Below are positions 35,092-52,349 of a stretch of 64,000 nt of DNA, in pieces. The position numbers were made by a program, and so were the translations under genes. The notes beneath the pieces were generated by a model. That model was given only the letters and a program-made list of their open reading frames with translations. It was not told the DNA's origin and searched no databases. Position 1 is the first letter of the stretch. Every line of letters begins with the position of its first letter. This DNA is from Nemertoderma westbladi (Eukaryota; Animalia; Xenacoelomorpha): positions 62,714-126,713 of the forward strand of contig JAUCBJ010009116.1 of the NCBI GenBank assembly GCA_032718475.1. Reading direction: 5' to 3'.

Positions 35092-38000
35092 CTTTAGTTC
35101 AGTTAACACCCACAATACACCAACCCCCCTTCATTTAGTTCAGTTAACACCCACAATACACCAACCCCCCTTCATTTAGTTCAGTTAACACCCACAATAC
35201 ACCATCCCCCCTCATTTAGTTCAGTTAACACCCACAATACACCATCCCCCCTTCATTTAGTTCAGTTAACACCCACAATACACCAACCCCCCTTCATTTA
35301 GTTCAGTTAACACCCACAATACACCATCCCCCCTTCATTTAGTTCAGTTAACACCCACAATACACCATCCCCCCTTCATTTAGTTCAGTTAACACCCACA
35401 ATACACCATCCCCCCTTCATTTAGTTCAGTTAACACCCACAATACACCATCCCCCCTTCATTTAGTTCAGTTAACACCCACAATACACCATCCCCCCTTC
35501 ATTTAGTTCAGTTAACACCCACAATACACCATCCCCCCTTCATTTAGTTCAGTTAACACCCACAATACACCATCCCCCCTTCATTTAGTTCAGTTAACAC
35601 CCACAATACACCATCCCCCCTTCATTTAGTTCAGTTAACAACCACAATACACCATCCCCTCATTTAGTTCAGTTAACAACCACAATACACCATCCCCCCT
35701 TCATTTAGTTCAGTTAACACCCACAATACACCATCCCCCCTTCATTTAGCTCAGAAAACAACCACAATACACCAACCCCCCTCATTTAGTTCAGTTAACA
35801 CCCACAATACACCATCCCCCCTTCATTTAGTTCAGTTAACACCCACAATACACCATCCCCTCATTTAGTTCAGTTAACAACCACAATACACCATCCCCCC
35901 TTCATTTAGTTCAGTTAACACCCACAATACACCATCCCCCCTTCATTTAGCTCAGAAAACAACCACAATACACCAACCCCCCTCATTTAGTTCAGTTAAC
36001 ACCCACAATACACCATCCCCCCTTCATTTAGTTCAGTTAACACCCACAATACACCAACCCCCCTTCATTTAGTTCAGTTAACAACCACAATACACCAACC
36101 CCCCTTCATTTAGTTCAGTTAACACCCACAATACACCATCCCCCCTTCATTTAGTTCAGTTAACACCCACAATACACCATCCCCCCTTCATTTAGCTCAG
36201 AAAACAACCACAATACACCACCCCCCTTCATTTAGTTCAGTTAACAACCACAATACACCATCCCCTCATTTAGTTCAGTTAACACCCACAATACACCATC
36301 CCCCCTTCATTTAGTTCAGTTAACAACCACAATACACCATCCCCCTCATTTAGTTCAGTTAACACCCACAATACACCATCCCCCCCTCATTTAGTTCAGT
36401 TAACAACCACAATACACCATCCCCCTCATTTAGTTCAGTTAACACCCACAATACACCATCCCCCCCTCATTTAGTTCAGTTAACAACCACAATACACCAT
36501 CCCCTCATTTAGTTCAGTTAACACCCACAATACACCATCCCCCCTTCATTTAGTTCAGTTAACACCCACAATACACCATCCCTTCATTTAGTTCAGTTAA
36601 CACCCACAATACACCATCCCCTCATTTAGTTCAGTTAACACCCACAATACACCATCCCTTCATTTAGTTCAGTTAACACCCACAATACACCATCCCCTCA
36701 TTTAGTTCAGTTAACACCCACAATACACCATCCCTTCATTTAGTTCAGTTAACACCCACAATACACCATCCCCTCATTTAGTTCAGTTAACACCCACAAT
36801 ACACCATCCCCTCATTTAGTTCAGTTAACACCCACAATACACCATCCCCTCATTTAGTTCAGTTAACACCCACAATACACCATCCCCTCATTTAGTTCAG
36901 TTAACACCCACAATACACCATCCCCCCCTCATTTAGTTCAGTTAACAACCACAATACACCATCCCCTCATTTAGTTCAGTTAACACCCACAATACACCAT
37001 CCCCTTCATTTAGTTCAGTTAACACCCACAATACACCATCCCCCCTTCATTTAGTTCAGTTAACACCCACAATACACCATCCCCCTCATTTAGTTCAGTT
37101 AACACCCACAATACACCATCCCTTCATTTAGTTCAGTTAACACCCACAATACACCATCCCCCTTCATTTAGTTCAGTTAACACCCACAATACACCATCCC
37201 CCTTCATTTAGTTCAGTTAACACCCACAATACACCAACCCCCCTTCATTTATTTCAGTTAACACCCACAATACACCAACCCCCCTTCATTTATTTCAGTT
37301 AACACCCACAATACACCATCCCCCCTTCATTTAGTTCAGTTAACACCCACAATACACCATCCCCTCATTTAGTTCAGTTAACACCCACAATACACCATCC
37401 CCCCCTCATTTAGTTCAGTTAACAACCACAATACACCATCCCCTCATTTAGTTCAGTTAACACCCACAATACACCATCCCCCCCTCATTTAGTTCAGTTA
37501 ACAACCACAATACACCATCCCCTCATTTAGTTCAGTTAACACCCACAATACACCATCCCCCTTCATTTAGTTCAGTTAACACCCACAATACACCATCCCC
37601 CCCTCATTTAGTTCAGTTAACAACCACAATACACCATCCCCCTTCATTTAGTTCAGTTAACAACCACAATACACCATCCCCTCATTTAGTTCAGTTAACA
37701 CCCACAATACACCAACCCCCCTTCATTTATTTCAGTTAACACCCACAATACACCAACCCCCCTTCATTTATTTCAGTTAACACCCACAATACACCATCCC
37801 CTCTTCATTTAGTTCAGTTAACACCCACAATACACCAACCCCCCTTCATTTAGTTCAGTTAACACCCACAATACACCAACCCCCCTTCATTTATTTCAGT
37901 TAACACCCACAATACACCAACCCCCCTTCATTTAGTTCAGTTAACACCCACAATACACCATCCCCCCTTCATTTATTTCAGTTAACACCCACAATACACC

Positions 38001-41000
38001 AACCCCCCTTCATTTATTNNNNNNNNNNNNNNNNNNNNNNNNNNNNNNNNNNNNNNNNNNNNNNNNNNNNNNNNNNNNNNNNNNNNNNNNNNNNNNNNNN
38101 NNNNNNNNNNNNNNNNNNCAATACACCAACCCCCCTTCATTTATTTCAGTTAACACCCACAATACACCATCCCCATTCATTTAGTTCAGTTAACACCCAC
38201 AATACACCATCCCCCCTTCATTTATTTCAGTTAACACCCACAATACACCATCCCCCCTTCATTTAGTTCAGTTAACACCCACAATACACCATCCCCTCTT
38301 CATTTAGTTCAGTTAACACCCACAATACACCATCCCCCCTTCATTTAGTTCAGTTAACACCCACAATACACCATCCCCCCTTCATTTAGTTCAGTTAACA
38401 CCCACAATACACCAACCCCCCTTCATTTAGTTCAGTTAACACCCACAATACACCATCCCCCCTTCATTTAGTTCAGTTAACACCCACAATACACCATCCC
38501 CCCTTCATTTAGTTCAGTTAACACCCACAATACACCAACCCCCCTTCATTTAGTTCAGTTAACACCCACAATACACCATCCCCCCTTCATTTAGTTCAGT
38601 TAACACCCACAATACACCATCCCCCCTTCATTTAGTTCAGTTAACACCCACAATACACCATCCCCCCTTCATTTAGTTCAGTTAACACCCACAATACACC
38701 ATCCCCCCTTCATTTAGTTCAGTTAACACCCACAATACACCATCCCCCTTCATTTAGTTCAGTTAACACCCACAATACACCATCCCCCCTTCATTTAGTT
38801 CAGTTAACACCCACAATACACCATCCCCCCTTCATTTAGTTCAGTTAACACCCACAATACACCATCCCCCTTCATTTAGTTCAGTTAACACCCACAATAC
38901 ACCATCCCCCCTTCATTTAGTTCAGTTAACACCCACAATACACCATCCCCCTTCATTTAGTTCAGTTAACACCCACAATACACCATCCCCCCTTCATTTA
39001 GTTCAGTTAACACCCACAATACACCATCCCCCCTTCATTTAGTTCAGTTAACACCCACAATACACCATCCCCCCTTCATTTAGTTCAGTTAACACCCACA
39101 ATACACCATCCCCCCTTCATTTAGTTCAGTTAACACCCACAATACACCATCCCCCCTTCATTTAGTTCAGTTAACACCCACAATACACCATCCCCCCTTC
39201 ATTTAGTTCAGTTAACACCCACAATACACCATCCCCCCTTCATTTAGTTCAGTTAACACCCACAATACACCATCCCCCCTTCATTTAGTTCAGTTAACAC
39301 CCACAATACACCATCCCCCCTTCATTTAGTTCAGTTAACACCCACAATACACCATCCCCCCTTCATTTAGTTCAGTTAACACCCACAATACACCATCCCC
39401 CCTTCATTTAGTTCAGTTAACACCCACAATACACCATCCCCCCTTCATTTAGTTCAGTTAACACCCACAATACACCATCCCCCCTTCATTTAGTTCAGTT
39501 AACACCCACAATACACCATCCCCCCTTCATTTAGTTCAGTTAACACCCACAATACACCATCCCCCCTTCATTTAGTTCAGTTAACACCCACAATACACCA
39601 TCCCCCCTTCATTTAGTTCAGTTAACACCCACAATACACCATCCCCCTTCATTTAGTTCAGTTAACACCCACAATACACCATCCCCCCTTCATTTAGTTC
39701 AGTTAACACCCACAATACACCATCCCCCTTCATTTAGTTCAGTTAACACCCACAATACACCATCCCCCCTTCATTTAGTTCAGTTAACACCCACAATACA
39801 CCATCCCCCCTTCATTTAGTTCAGTTAACACCCACAATACACCATCCCCCCTTCATTTAGTTCAGTTAACACCCACAATACACCATCCCCCCTTCATTTA
39901 GTTCAGTTAACACCCACAATACACCATCCCCCCTTCATTTAGTTCAGTTAACACCCACAATACACCATCCCCCCTTCATTTAGTTCAGTTAACACCCACA
40001 ATACACCATCCCCCCTTCATTTAGTTCAGTTAACACCCACAATACACCATCCCCCCTTCATTTAGTTCAGTTAACACCCACAATACACCATCCCCCCTTC
40101 ATTTAGTTCAGTTAACACCCACAATACACCATCCCCCCTTCATTTAGTTCAGTTAACACCCACAATACACCATCCCCCCTTCATTTAGTTCAGTTAACAC
40201 CCACAATACACCATCCCCCCTTCATTTAGTTCAGTTAACACCCACAATACACCATCCCCCCTTCATTTAGTTCAGTTAACACCCACAATACACCATCCCC
40301 CCTTCATTTAGTTCAGTTAACACCCACAATACACCATCCCCCCTTCATTTAGTTCAGTTAACACCCACAATACACCATCCCCCCTTCATTTAGTTCAGTT
40401 AACACCCACAATACACCATCCCCCCTTCATTTAGTTCAGTTAACACCCACAATACACCATCCCCCCTTCATTTAGTTCAGTTAACACCCACAATACACCA
40501 TCCCCCCTTCATTTAGTTCAGTTAACACCCACAATACACCATCCCCCCTTCATTTAGTTCAGTTAACACCCACAATACACCATCCCCCCTTCATTTAGTT
40601 CAGTTAACACCCACAATACACCATCCCCCCTTCATTTAGTTCAGTTAACACCCACAATACACCATCCCCCCTTCATTTAGTTCAGTTAACACCCACAATA
40701 CACCATCCCCCCTTCATTTAGTTCAGTTAACACCCACAATACACCATCCCCCCTTCATTTAGTTCAGTTAACACCCACAATACACCATCCCCCCTTCATT
40801 TAGTTCAGTTAACACCCACAATACACCATCCCCCCTTCATTTAGTTCAGTTAACACCCACAATACACCATCCCCCCTTCATTTAGTTCAGTTAACACCCA
40901 CAATACACCATCCCCCCTTCATTTAGTTCAGTTAACACCCACAATACACCATCCCCCCTTCATTTAGTTCAGTTAACACCCACAATACACCATCCCCCCT

Positions 41001-44000
41001 TCATTTAGTTCAGTTAACACCCACAATACACCATCCCCCCTTCATTTAGTTCAGTTAACACCCACAATACACCATCCCCCCTTCATTTAGTTCAGTTAAC
41101 ACCCACAATACACCATCCCCCCTTCATTTAGTTCAGTTAACACCCACAATACACCATCCCCCCTTCATTTAGTTCAGTTAACACCCACAATACACCATCC
41201 CCCCTTCATTTAGTTCAGTTAACACCCACAATACACCATCCCCCCTTCATTTAGTTCAGTTAACACCCACAATACACCATCCCCCCTTCATTTAGTTCAG
41301 TTAACACCCACAATACACCATCCCCCCTTCATTTAGTTCAGTTAACACCCACAATACACCATCCCCCCTTCATTTAGTTCAGTTAACACCCACAATACAC
41401 CATCCCCCCTTCATTTAGTTCAGTTAACACCCACAATACACCATCCCCCCTTCATTTAGTTCAGTTAACACCCACAATACACCATCCCCCCTTCATTTAG
41501 TTCAGTTAACACCCACAATACACCATCCCCCCTTCATTTAGTTCAGTTAACACCCACAATACACCATCCCCCCTTCATTTAGTTCAGTTAACACCCACAA
41601 TACACCATCCCCCCTTCATTTAGTTCAGTTAACACCCACAATACACCATCCCCCCTTCATTTAGTTCAGTTAACACCCACAATACACCATCCCCCCTTCA
41701 TTTAGTTCAGTTAACACCCACAATACACCATCCCCCCTTCATTTAGTTCAGTTAACACCCACAATACACCATCCCCCCTTCATTTAGTTCAGTTAACACC
41801 CACAATACACCATCCCCCCTTCATTTAGTTCAGTTAACACCCACAATACACCATCCCCCCTTCATTTAGTTCAGTTAACACCCACAATACACCATCCCCC
41901 CTTCATTTAGTTCAGTTAACACCCACAATACACCATCCCCCCTTCATTTAGTTCAGTTAACACCCACAATACACCATCCCCCCTTCATTTAGTTCAGTTA
42001 ACACCCACAATACACCATCCCCCCTTCATTTAGTTCAGTTAACACCCACAATACACCATCCCCCCTTCATTTAGTTCAGTTAACACCCACAATACACCAT
42101 CCCCCCTTCATTTAGTTCAGTTAACACCCACAATACACCATCCCCCCTTCATTTAGTTCAGTTAACACCCACAATACACCATCCCCCCTTCATTTAGTTC
42201 AGTTAACACCCACAATACACCATCCCCCCTTCATTTAGTTCAGTTAACACCCACAATACACCATCCCCCCTTCATTTAGTTCAGTTAACACCCACAATAC
42301 ACCATCCCCCCTTCATTTAGTTCAGTTAACACCCACAATACACCATCCCCCCTTCATTTAGTTCAGTTAACACCCACAATACACCATCCCCCCTTCATTT
42401 AGTTCAGTTAACACCCACAATACACCATCCCCCCTTCATTTAGTTCAGTTAACACCCACAATACACCATCCCCCCTTCATTTAGTTCAGTTAACACCCAC
42501 AATACACCATCCCCCCTTCATTTAGTTCAGTTAACACCCACAATACACCATCCCCCCTTCATTTAGTTCAGTTAACACCCACAATACACCATCCCCCCTT
42601 CATTTAGTTCAGTTAACACCCACAATACACCATCCCCCCTTCATTTAGTTCAGTTAACACCCACAATACACCATCCCCCCTTCATTTAGTTCAGTTAACA
42701 CCCACAATACACCATCCCCCCTTCATTTAGTTCAGTTAACACCCACAATACACCATCCCCCCTTCATTTAGTTCAGTTAACACCCACAATACACCATCCC
42801 CCCTTCATTTAGTTCAGTTAACACCCACAATACACCAACCCCCCTTCATTTAGTTCAGTTAACACCCACAATACACCATCCCCCCTTCATTTAGTTCAGT
42901 TAACACCCACAATACACCATCCCCCCTTCATTTAGTTCAGTTAACACCCACAATACACCATCCCCCCTTCATTTAGTTCAGTTAACACCCACAATACACC
43001 ATCCCCCCTTCATTTAGTTCAGTTAACACCCACAATACACCATCCCCCTTCATTTAGTTCAGTTAACACCCACAATACACCATCCCCCCTTCATTTAGTT
43101 CAGTTAACACCCACAATACACCATCCCCCCTTCATTTAGTTCAGTTAACACCCACAATACACCATCCCCCCTTCATTTAGTTCAGTTAACACCCACAATA
43201 CACCATCCCCCCTTCATTTAGTTCAGTTAACACCCACAATACACCATCCCCCCTTCATTTAGTTCAGTTAACACCCACAATACACCATCCCCCCTTCATT
43301 TAGTTCAGTTAACACCCACAATACACCATCCCCCCTTCATTTAGTTCAGTTAACACCCACAATACACCATCCCCCCTTCATTTAGTTCAGTTAACACCCA
43401 CAATACACCATCCCCCCTTCATTTAGTTCAGTTAACACCCACAATACACCATCCCCCCTTCATTTAGTTCAGTTAACACCCACAATACACCATCCCCCCT
43501 TCATTTAGTTCAGTTAACACCCACAATACACCATCCCCCCTTCATTTAGTTCAGTTAACACCCACAATACACCATCCCCCCTTCATTTAGTTCAGTTAAC
43601 ACCCACAATACACCATCCCCCCTTCATTTAGTTCAGTTAACACCCACAATACACCATCCCCCCTTCATTTAGTTCAGTTAACACCCACAATACACCATCC
43701 CCCCTTCATTTAGTTCAGTTAACACCCACAATACACCATCCCCCCTTCATTTAGTTCAGTTAACACCCACAATACACCATCCCCCCTTCATTTAGTTCAG
43801 TTAACACCCACAATACACCATCCCCCCTTCATTTAGTTCAGTTAACACCCACAATACACCATCCCCCCTTCATTTAGTTCAGTTAACACCCACAATACAC
43901 CATCCCCCCTTCATTTAGTTCAGTTAACACCCACAATACACCATCCCCCTTCATTTAGTTCAGTTAACACCCACAATACACCATCCCCCCTTCATTTAGT

Positions 44001-47000
44001 TCAGTTAACACCCACAATACACCATCCCCCCTTCATTTAGTTCAGTTAACACCCACAATACACCATCCCCCCTTCATTTAGTTCAGTTAACACCCACAAT
44101 ACACCATCCCCCCTTCATTTAGTTCAGTTAACACCCACAATACACCATCCCCCCTTCATTTAGTTCAGTTAACACCCACAATACACCATCCCCCCTTCAT
44201 TTAGTTCAGTTAACACCCACAATACACCATCCCCCCTTCATTTAGTTCAGTTAACACCCACAATACACCATCCCCCCTTCATTTAGTTCAGTTAACACCC
44301 ACAATACACCATCCCCCCTTCATTTAGTTCAGTTAACACCCACAATACACCATCCCCCCTTCATTTAGTTCAGTTAACACCCACAATACACCATCCCCCC
44401 TTCATTTAGTTCAGTTAACACCCACAATACACCATCCCCCCTTCATTTAGTTCAGTTAACACCCACAATACACCATCCCCCCTTCATTTAGTTCAGTTAA
44501 CACCCACAATACACCATCCCCCCTTCATTTAGTTCAGTTAACACCCACAATACACCATCCCCCCTTCATTTAGTTCAGTTAACACCCACAATACACCATC
44601 CCCCCTTCATTTAGTTCAGTTAACACCCACAATACACCATCCCCCCTTCATTTAGTTCAGTTAACACCCACAATACACCATCCCCCCTTCATTTAGTTCA
44701 GTTAACACCCACAATACACCATCCCCCCTTCATTTAGTTCAGTTAACACCCACAATACACCATCCCCCCTTCATTTAGTTCAGTTAACACCCACAATACA
44801 CCATCCCCCCTTCATTTAGTTCAGTTAACACCCACAATACACCATCCCCCCTTCATTTAGTTCAGTTAACACCCACAATACACCATCCCCCCTTCATTTA
44901 GTTCAGTTAACACCCACAATACACCATCCCCCCTTCATTTAGTTCAGTTAACACCCACAATACACCATCCCCCCTTCATTTAGTTCAGTTAACACCCACA
45001 ATACACCATCCCCCCTTCATTTAGTTCAGTTAACACCCACAATACACCATCCCCCCTTCATTTAGTTCAGTTAACACCCACAATACACCATCCCCCCTTC
45101 ATTTAGTTCAGTTAACACCCACAATACACCATCCCCCCTTCATTTAGTTCAGTTAACACCCACAATACACCATCCCCCCTTCATTTAGTTCAGTTAACAC
45201 CCACAATACACCATCCCCCCTTCATTTAGTTCAGTTAACACCCACAATACACCATCCCCCCTTCATTTAGTTCAGTTAACACCCACAATACACCATCCCC
45301 CCTTCATTTAGTTCAGTTAACACCCACAATACACCATCCCCCCTTCATTTAGTTCAGTTAACACCCACAATACACCATCCCCCCTTCATTTAGTTCAGTT
45401 AACACCCACAATACACCATCCCCCCTTCATTTAGTTCAGTTAACACCCACAATACACCATCCCCCCTTCATTTAGTTCAGTTAACACCCACAATACACCA
45501 TCCCCCCTTCATTTAGTTCAGTTAACACCCACAATACACCATCCCCCCTTCATTTAGTTCAGTTAACACCCACAATACACCATCCCCCCTTCATTTAGTT
45601 CAGTTAACACCCACAATACACCATCCCCCCTTCATTTAGTTCAGTTAACACCCACAATACACCATCCCCCCTTCATTTAGTTCAGTTAACACCCACAATA
45701 CACCATCCCCCCTTCATTTAGTTCAGTTAACACCCACAATACACCATCCCCCCTTCATTTAGTTCAGTTAACACCCACAATACACCATCCCCCCTTCATT
45801 TAGTTCAGTTAACACCCACAATACACCATCCCCCCTTCATTTAGTTCAGTTAACACCCACAATACACCATCCCCCCTTCATTTAGTTCAGTTAACACCCA
45901 CAATACACCATCCCCCCTTCATTTAGTTCAGTTAACACCCACAATACACCATCCCCCCTTCATTTAGTTCAGTTAACACCCACAATACACCATCCCCCCT
46001 TCATTTAGTTCAGTTAACACCCACAATACACCATCCCCCCTTCATTTAGTTCAGTTAACACCCACAATACACCATCCCCCCTTCATTTAGTTCAGTTAAC
46101 ACCCACAATACACCATCCCCCCTTCATTTAGTTCAGTTAACACCCACAATACACCATCCCCCCTTCATTTAGTTCAGTTAACACCCACAATACACCATCC
46201 CCCCTTCATTTAGTTCAGTTAACACCCACAATACACCATCCCCCCTTCATTTAGTTCAGTTAACACCCACAATACACCATCCCCCCTTCATTTAGTTCAG
46301 TTAACACCCACAATACACCATCCCCCCTTCATTTAGTTCAGTTAACACCCACAATACACCATCCCCCCTTCATTTAGTTCAGTTAACACCCACAATACAC
46401 CATCCCCCCTTCATTTAGTTCAGTTAACACCCACAATACACCATCCCCCCTTCATTTAGTTCAGTTAACACCCACAATACACCATCCCCCCTTCATTTAG
46501 TTCAGTTAACACCCACAATACACCATCCCCCCTTCATTTAGTTCAGTTAACACCCACAATACACCATCCCCCCTTCATTTAGTTCAGTTAACACCCACAA
46601 TACACCATCCCCCCTTCATTTAGTTCAGTTAACACCCACAATACACCATCCCCCCTTCATTTAGTTCAGTTAACACCCACAATACACCATCCCCCCTTCA
46701 TTTAGTTCAGTTAACACCCACAATACACCATCCCCCCTTCATTTAGTTCAGTTAACACCCACAATACACCATCCCCCCTTCATTTAGTTCAGTTAACACC
46801 CACAATACACCATCCCCCCTTCATTTAGTTCAGTTAACACCCACAATACACCATCCCCCCTTCATTTAGTTCAGTTAACACCCACAATACACCATCCCCC
46901 CTTCATTTAGTTCAGTTAACACCCACAATACACCATCCCCCCTTCATTTAGTTCAGTTAACACCCACAATACACCATCCCCCCTTCATTTAGTTCAGTTA

Positions 47001-50000
47001 ACACCCACAATACACCATCCCCCCTTCATTTAGTTCAGTTAACACCCACAATACACCATCCCCCCTTCATTTAGTTCAGTTAACACCCACAATACACCAT
47101 CCCCCCTTCATTTAGTTCAGTTAACACCCACAATACACCATCCCCCCTTCATTTAGTTCAGTTAACACCCACAATACACCATCCCCCCTTCATTTAGTTC
47201 AGTTAACACCCACAATACACCATCCCCCCTTCATTTAGTTCAGTTAACACCCACAATACACCATCCCCCCTTCATTTAGTTCAGTTAACACCCACAATAC
47301 ACCATCCCCCCTTCATTTAGTTCAGTTAACACCCACAATACACCATCCCCCCTTCATTTAGTTCAGTTAACACCCACAATACACCATCCCCCCTTCATTT
47401 AGTTCAGTTAACACCCACAATACACCATCCCCCCTTCATTTAGTTCAGTTAACACCCACAATACACCATCCCCCTTCATTTAGTTCAGTTAACACCCACA
47501 ATACACCATCCCCCCTTCATTTAGTTCAGTTAACACCCACAATACACCATCCCCCCTTCATTTAGTTCAGTTAACACCCACAATACACCATCCCCCCTTC
47601 ATTTAGTTCAGTTAACACCCACAATACACCATCCCCCCTTCATTTAGTTCAGTTAACACCCACAATACACCATCCCCCCTTCATTTAGTTCAGTTAACAC
47701 CCACAATACACCATCCCCCCTTCATTTAGTTCAGTTAACACCCACAATACACCATCCCCCCTTCATTTAGTTCAGTTAACACCCACAATACACCATCCCC
47801 CCTTCATTTAGTTCAGTTAACACCCACAATACACCATCCCCCCTTCATTTAGTTCAGTTAACACCCACAATACACCATCCCCCCTTCATTTAGTTCAGTT
47901 AACACCCACAATACACCATCCCCCCTTCATTTAGTTCAGTTAACACCCACAATACACCATCCCCCCTTCATTTAGTTCAGTTAACACCCACAATACACCA
48001 TCCCCCCTTCATTTAGTTCAGTTAACACCCACAATACACCATCCCCCCTTCATTTAGTTCAGTTAACACCCACAATACACCATCCCCCCTTCATTTAGTT
48101 CAGTTAACACCCACAATACACCATCCCCCCTTCATTTAGTTCAGTTAACACCCACAATACACCATCCCCCCTTCATTTAGTTCAGTTAACACCCACAATA
48201 CACCATCCCCCCTTCATTTAGTTCAGTTAACACCCACAATACACCATCCCCCCTTCATTTAGTTCAGTTAACACCCACAATACACCATCCCCCCTTCATT
48301 TAGTTCAGTTAACACCCACAATACACCATCCCCCCTTCATTTAGTTCAGTTAACACCCACAATACACCATCCCCCCTTCATTTAGTTCAGTTAACACCCA
48401 CAATACACCATCCCCCCTTCATTTAGTTCAGTTAACACCCACAATACACCATCCCCCCTTCATTTAGTTCAGTTAACACCCACAATACACCATCCCCCCT
48501 TCATTTAGTTCAGTTAACACCCACAATACACCATCCCCCCTTCATTTAGTTCAGTTAACACCCACAATACACCATCCCCCCTTCATTTAGTTCAGTTAAC
48601 ACCCACAATACACCATCCCCCCTTCATTTAGTTCAGTTAACACCCACAATACACCATCCCCCCTTCATTTAGTTCAGTTAACACCCACAATACACCATCC
48701 CCCCTTCATTTAGTTCAGTTAACACCCACAATACACCATCCCCCCTTCATTTAGTTCAGTTAACACCCACAATACACCATCCCCCTTCATTTAGTTCAGT
48801 TAACACCCACAATACACCATCCCCCCTTCATTTAGTTCAGTTAACACCCACAATACACCATCCCCCCTTCATTTAGTTCAGTTAACACCCACAATACACC
48901 ATCCCCCCTTCATTTAGTTCAGTTAACACCCACAATACACCATCCCCCTTCATTTAGTTCAGTTAACACCCACAATACACCATCCCCCCTTCATTTAGTT
49001 CAGTTAACACCCACAATACACCATCCCCCCTTCATTTAGTTCAGTTAACACCCACAATACACCATCCCCCCTTCATTTAGTTCAGTTAACACCCACAATA
49101 CACCATCCCCCCTTCATTTAGTTCAGTTAACACCCACAATACACCATCCCCCCTTCATTTAGTTCAGTTAACACCCACAATACACCATCCCCCCTTCATT
49201 TAGTTCAGTTAACACCCACAATACACCATCCCCCCTTCATTTAGTTCAGTTAACACCCACAATACACCATCCCCCCTTCATTTAGTTCAGTTAACACCCA
49301 CAATACACCATCCCCCCTTCATTTAGTTCAGTTAACACCCACAATACACCATCCCCCCTTCATTTAGTTCAGTTAACACCCACAATACACCATCCCCCCT
49401 TCATTTAGTTCAGTTAACACCCACAATACACCATCCCCCCTTCATTTAGTTCAGTTAACACCCACAATACACCATCCCCCCTTCATTTAGTTCAGTTAAC
49501 ACCCACAATACACCATCCCCCCTTCATTTAGTTCAGTTAACACCCACAATACACCATCCCCCCTTCATTTAGTTCAGTTAACACCCACAATACACCATCC
49601 CCCCTTCATTTAGTTCAGTTAACACCCACAATACACCATCCCCCCTTCATTTAGTTCAGTTAACACCCACAATACACCATCCCCCCTTCATTTAGTTCAG
49701 TTAACACCCACAATACACCATCCCCCCTTCATTTAGTTCAGTTAACACCCACAATACACCATCCCCCTTCATTTAGTTCAGTTAACACCCACAATACACC
49801 ATCCCCCCTTCATTTAGTTCAGTTAACACCCACAATACACCATCCCCCTTCATTTAGTTCAGTTAACACCCACAATACACCATCCCCCCTTCATTTAGTT
49901 CAGTTAACACCCACAATACACCATCCCCCCTTCATTTAGTTCAGTTAACACCCACAATACACCATCCCCCCTTCATTTAGTTCAGTTAACACCCACAATA

Positions 50001-52063
50001 CACCATCCCCCCTTCATTTAGTTCAGTTAACACCCACAATACACCATCCCCCTCATTTAGTTCAGTTAACAACCACAATACACCATCCCCTTCATTTAGT
50101 TCAGTTAACACCCACAATACACCATCCCCTCATTTAGTTCAGTTAACACCCACAATACACCATCCCCCCTTCATTTAGTTCAGTTAACACCCACAATACA
50201 CCATCCCCCCTTCATTTAGTTCAGTTAACAACCACAATACACCATCCCCTTCATTTAGTTCAGTTAACAACCACAATACACCATCCCCCCTTCATTTAGT
50301 TCAGTTAACACCCACAATACACCATCCCCCTTCATTTAGTTCAGTTAACACCCACAATACACCATCCCCCCTTCATTTAGTTCAGTTAACACCCACAATA
50401 CACCATCCCCCCTTCATTTAGTTCAGTTAACACCCACAATACACCATCCCCCCTTCATTTAGTTCAGTTAACAACCACAATACACCATCCCCCCTTCATT
50501 TAGTTCAGTTAACACCCACAATACACCATCCCCCCTTCATTTAGTTCAGTTAACACCCACAATACACCATCCCCCTTCATTTAGTTCAGTTAACAACCAC
50601 AATACACCATCCCCCCTTCATTTAGTTCAGTTAACACCCACAATACACCATCCCCCCTTCATTTAGTTCAGTTAACACCCACAATACACCATCCCCCTTC
50701 ATTTAGTTCAGTTAACACCCACAATACACCATCCCCCCTTCATTTAGTTCAGTTAACACCCACAATACACCACCCCCCCTTCATTTAGTTCAGTTAACAC
50801 CCACAATACACCATCCCCCCTTCATTTAGTTCAGTTAACAACCACAATACACCATCCCCCCTTCATTTAGTTCAGTTAACACCCACAATACACCATCCCC
50901 CCTTCATTTAGTTCAGTTAACAACCACAATACACCATCCCCCCTTCATTTAGTTCAGTTAACACCCACAATACACCATCCCCCCTTCATTTAGTTCAGTT
51001 AACACCCACAATACACCATCCCCCCTTCATTTAGTTCAGTTAACACCCACAATACACCACCCCCCCTTCATTTAGTTCAGTTAACACCCACAATACACCA
51101 CCCCCCCTTCATTTAGTTCAGTTAACACCCACAATACACCATCCCCCCTTCATTTAGTTCAGTTAACAACCACAATACACCATCCCCCCTTCATTTAGTT
51201 CAGTTAACACCCACAATACACCATCCCCCCTTCATTTAGTTCAGTTAACAACCACAATACACCATCCCCCCTTCATTTAGTTCAGTTAACAACCACAATA
51301 CACCATCCCCCCTTCATTTAGTTCAGTTAACACCCACAATACACCATCCCCCCTTCATTTAGTTCAGTTAACAACCACAATACACCATCCCCCCTTCATT
51401 TAGTTCAGTTAACACCCACAATACACCATCCCCCCTTCATTTAGTTCAGTTAACACCCACAATACACCATCCCCCCTTCATTTAGTTCAGTTAACACCCA
51501 CAATACACCATCCCCCCTTCATTTAGTTCAGTTAACACCCACAATACACCATCCCCCCTTCATTTAGTTCAGTTAACAACCACAATACACCATCCCCCCT
51601 TCATTTAGTTCAGTTAACACCACAATACACCATCCCCCCTTCATTTAGTTCAGTTAACACCCACAATACACCATCCCCCCTTCATTTAGTTCAGTTAACA
51701 CCCACAATACACCATCCCCCCTTCATTTAGTTCAGTTAACAACCACAATACACCATCCCCCCTTCATTTAGTTCAGTTAACAACCACAATACACCATCCC
51801 CCCTTCATTTAGTTCAGTTAACACCCACAATACACCATCCCCCCTTCATTTAGTTCAGTTAACACCCACAATACACCATCCCCCCTTCATTTAGTTCAGT
51901 TAACACCCACAATACACCATCCCCCCTTCATTTAGTTCAGTTAACACCCACAATACACCATCCCCCCTTCATTTAGTTCAGTTAACAACCACAATACACC
52001 ATCCCCCATTCATTTAGTTCAGTTAACACCCACAATACACCATCCCCCCTTCATTTAGTTCAT
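35092..52063. repeat. 41-bp satellite array, about 17 kb and about 410 copies visible, interrupted by a gap
   Basis: Unit catttagttcagttaacacccacaatacaccatcccccctt. Confidence 0.99.
38019..38118. other. Assembly gap (100 N)
   Basis: Run of N. Confidence 0.99.
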
Positions 52064-52349
52064 TTTGCGACAAGAATGTATGTAGTTTTATTCCAATATT
52101 TTAACATTACGAAATGATTGTATGTATAAATATTATAAGTGATAGAAACTGCACAAATTAAATTAGTTGCTGTATAAATAAATGTAAATATGACATAAAT
52201 TATGTTATAAATAAGTTTGCTTATATTTATCGCGGCGTTTGGAGCCATGTTATAATAATATAGCTAGGCCCTACTGGTTATTAATAGCTATACCCCGCCT
52301 ACCGGTAGGTAATGCAGTAGGCCTATCTGGCTGTCAGGCAAATGTCCAC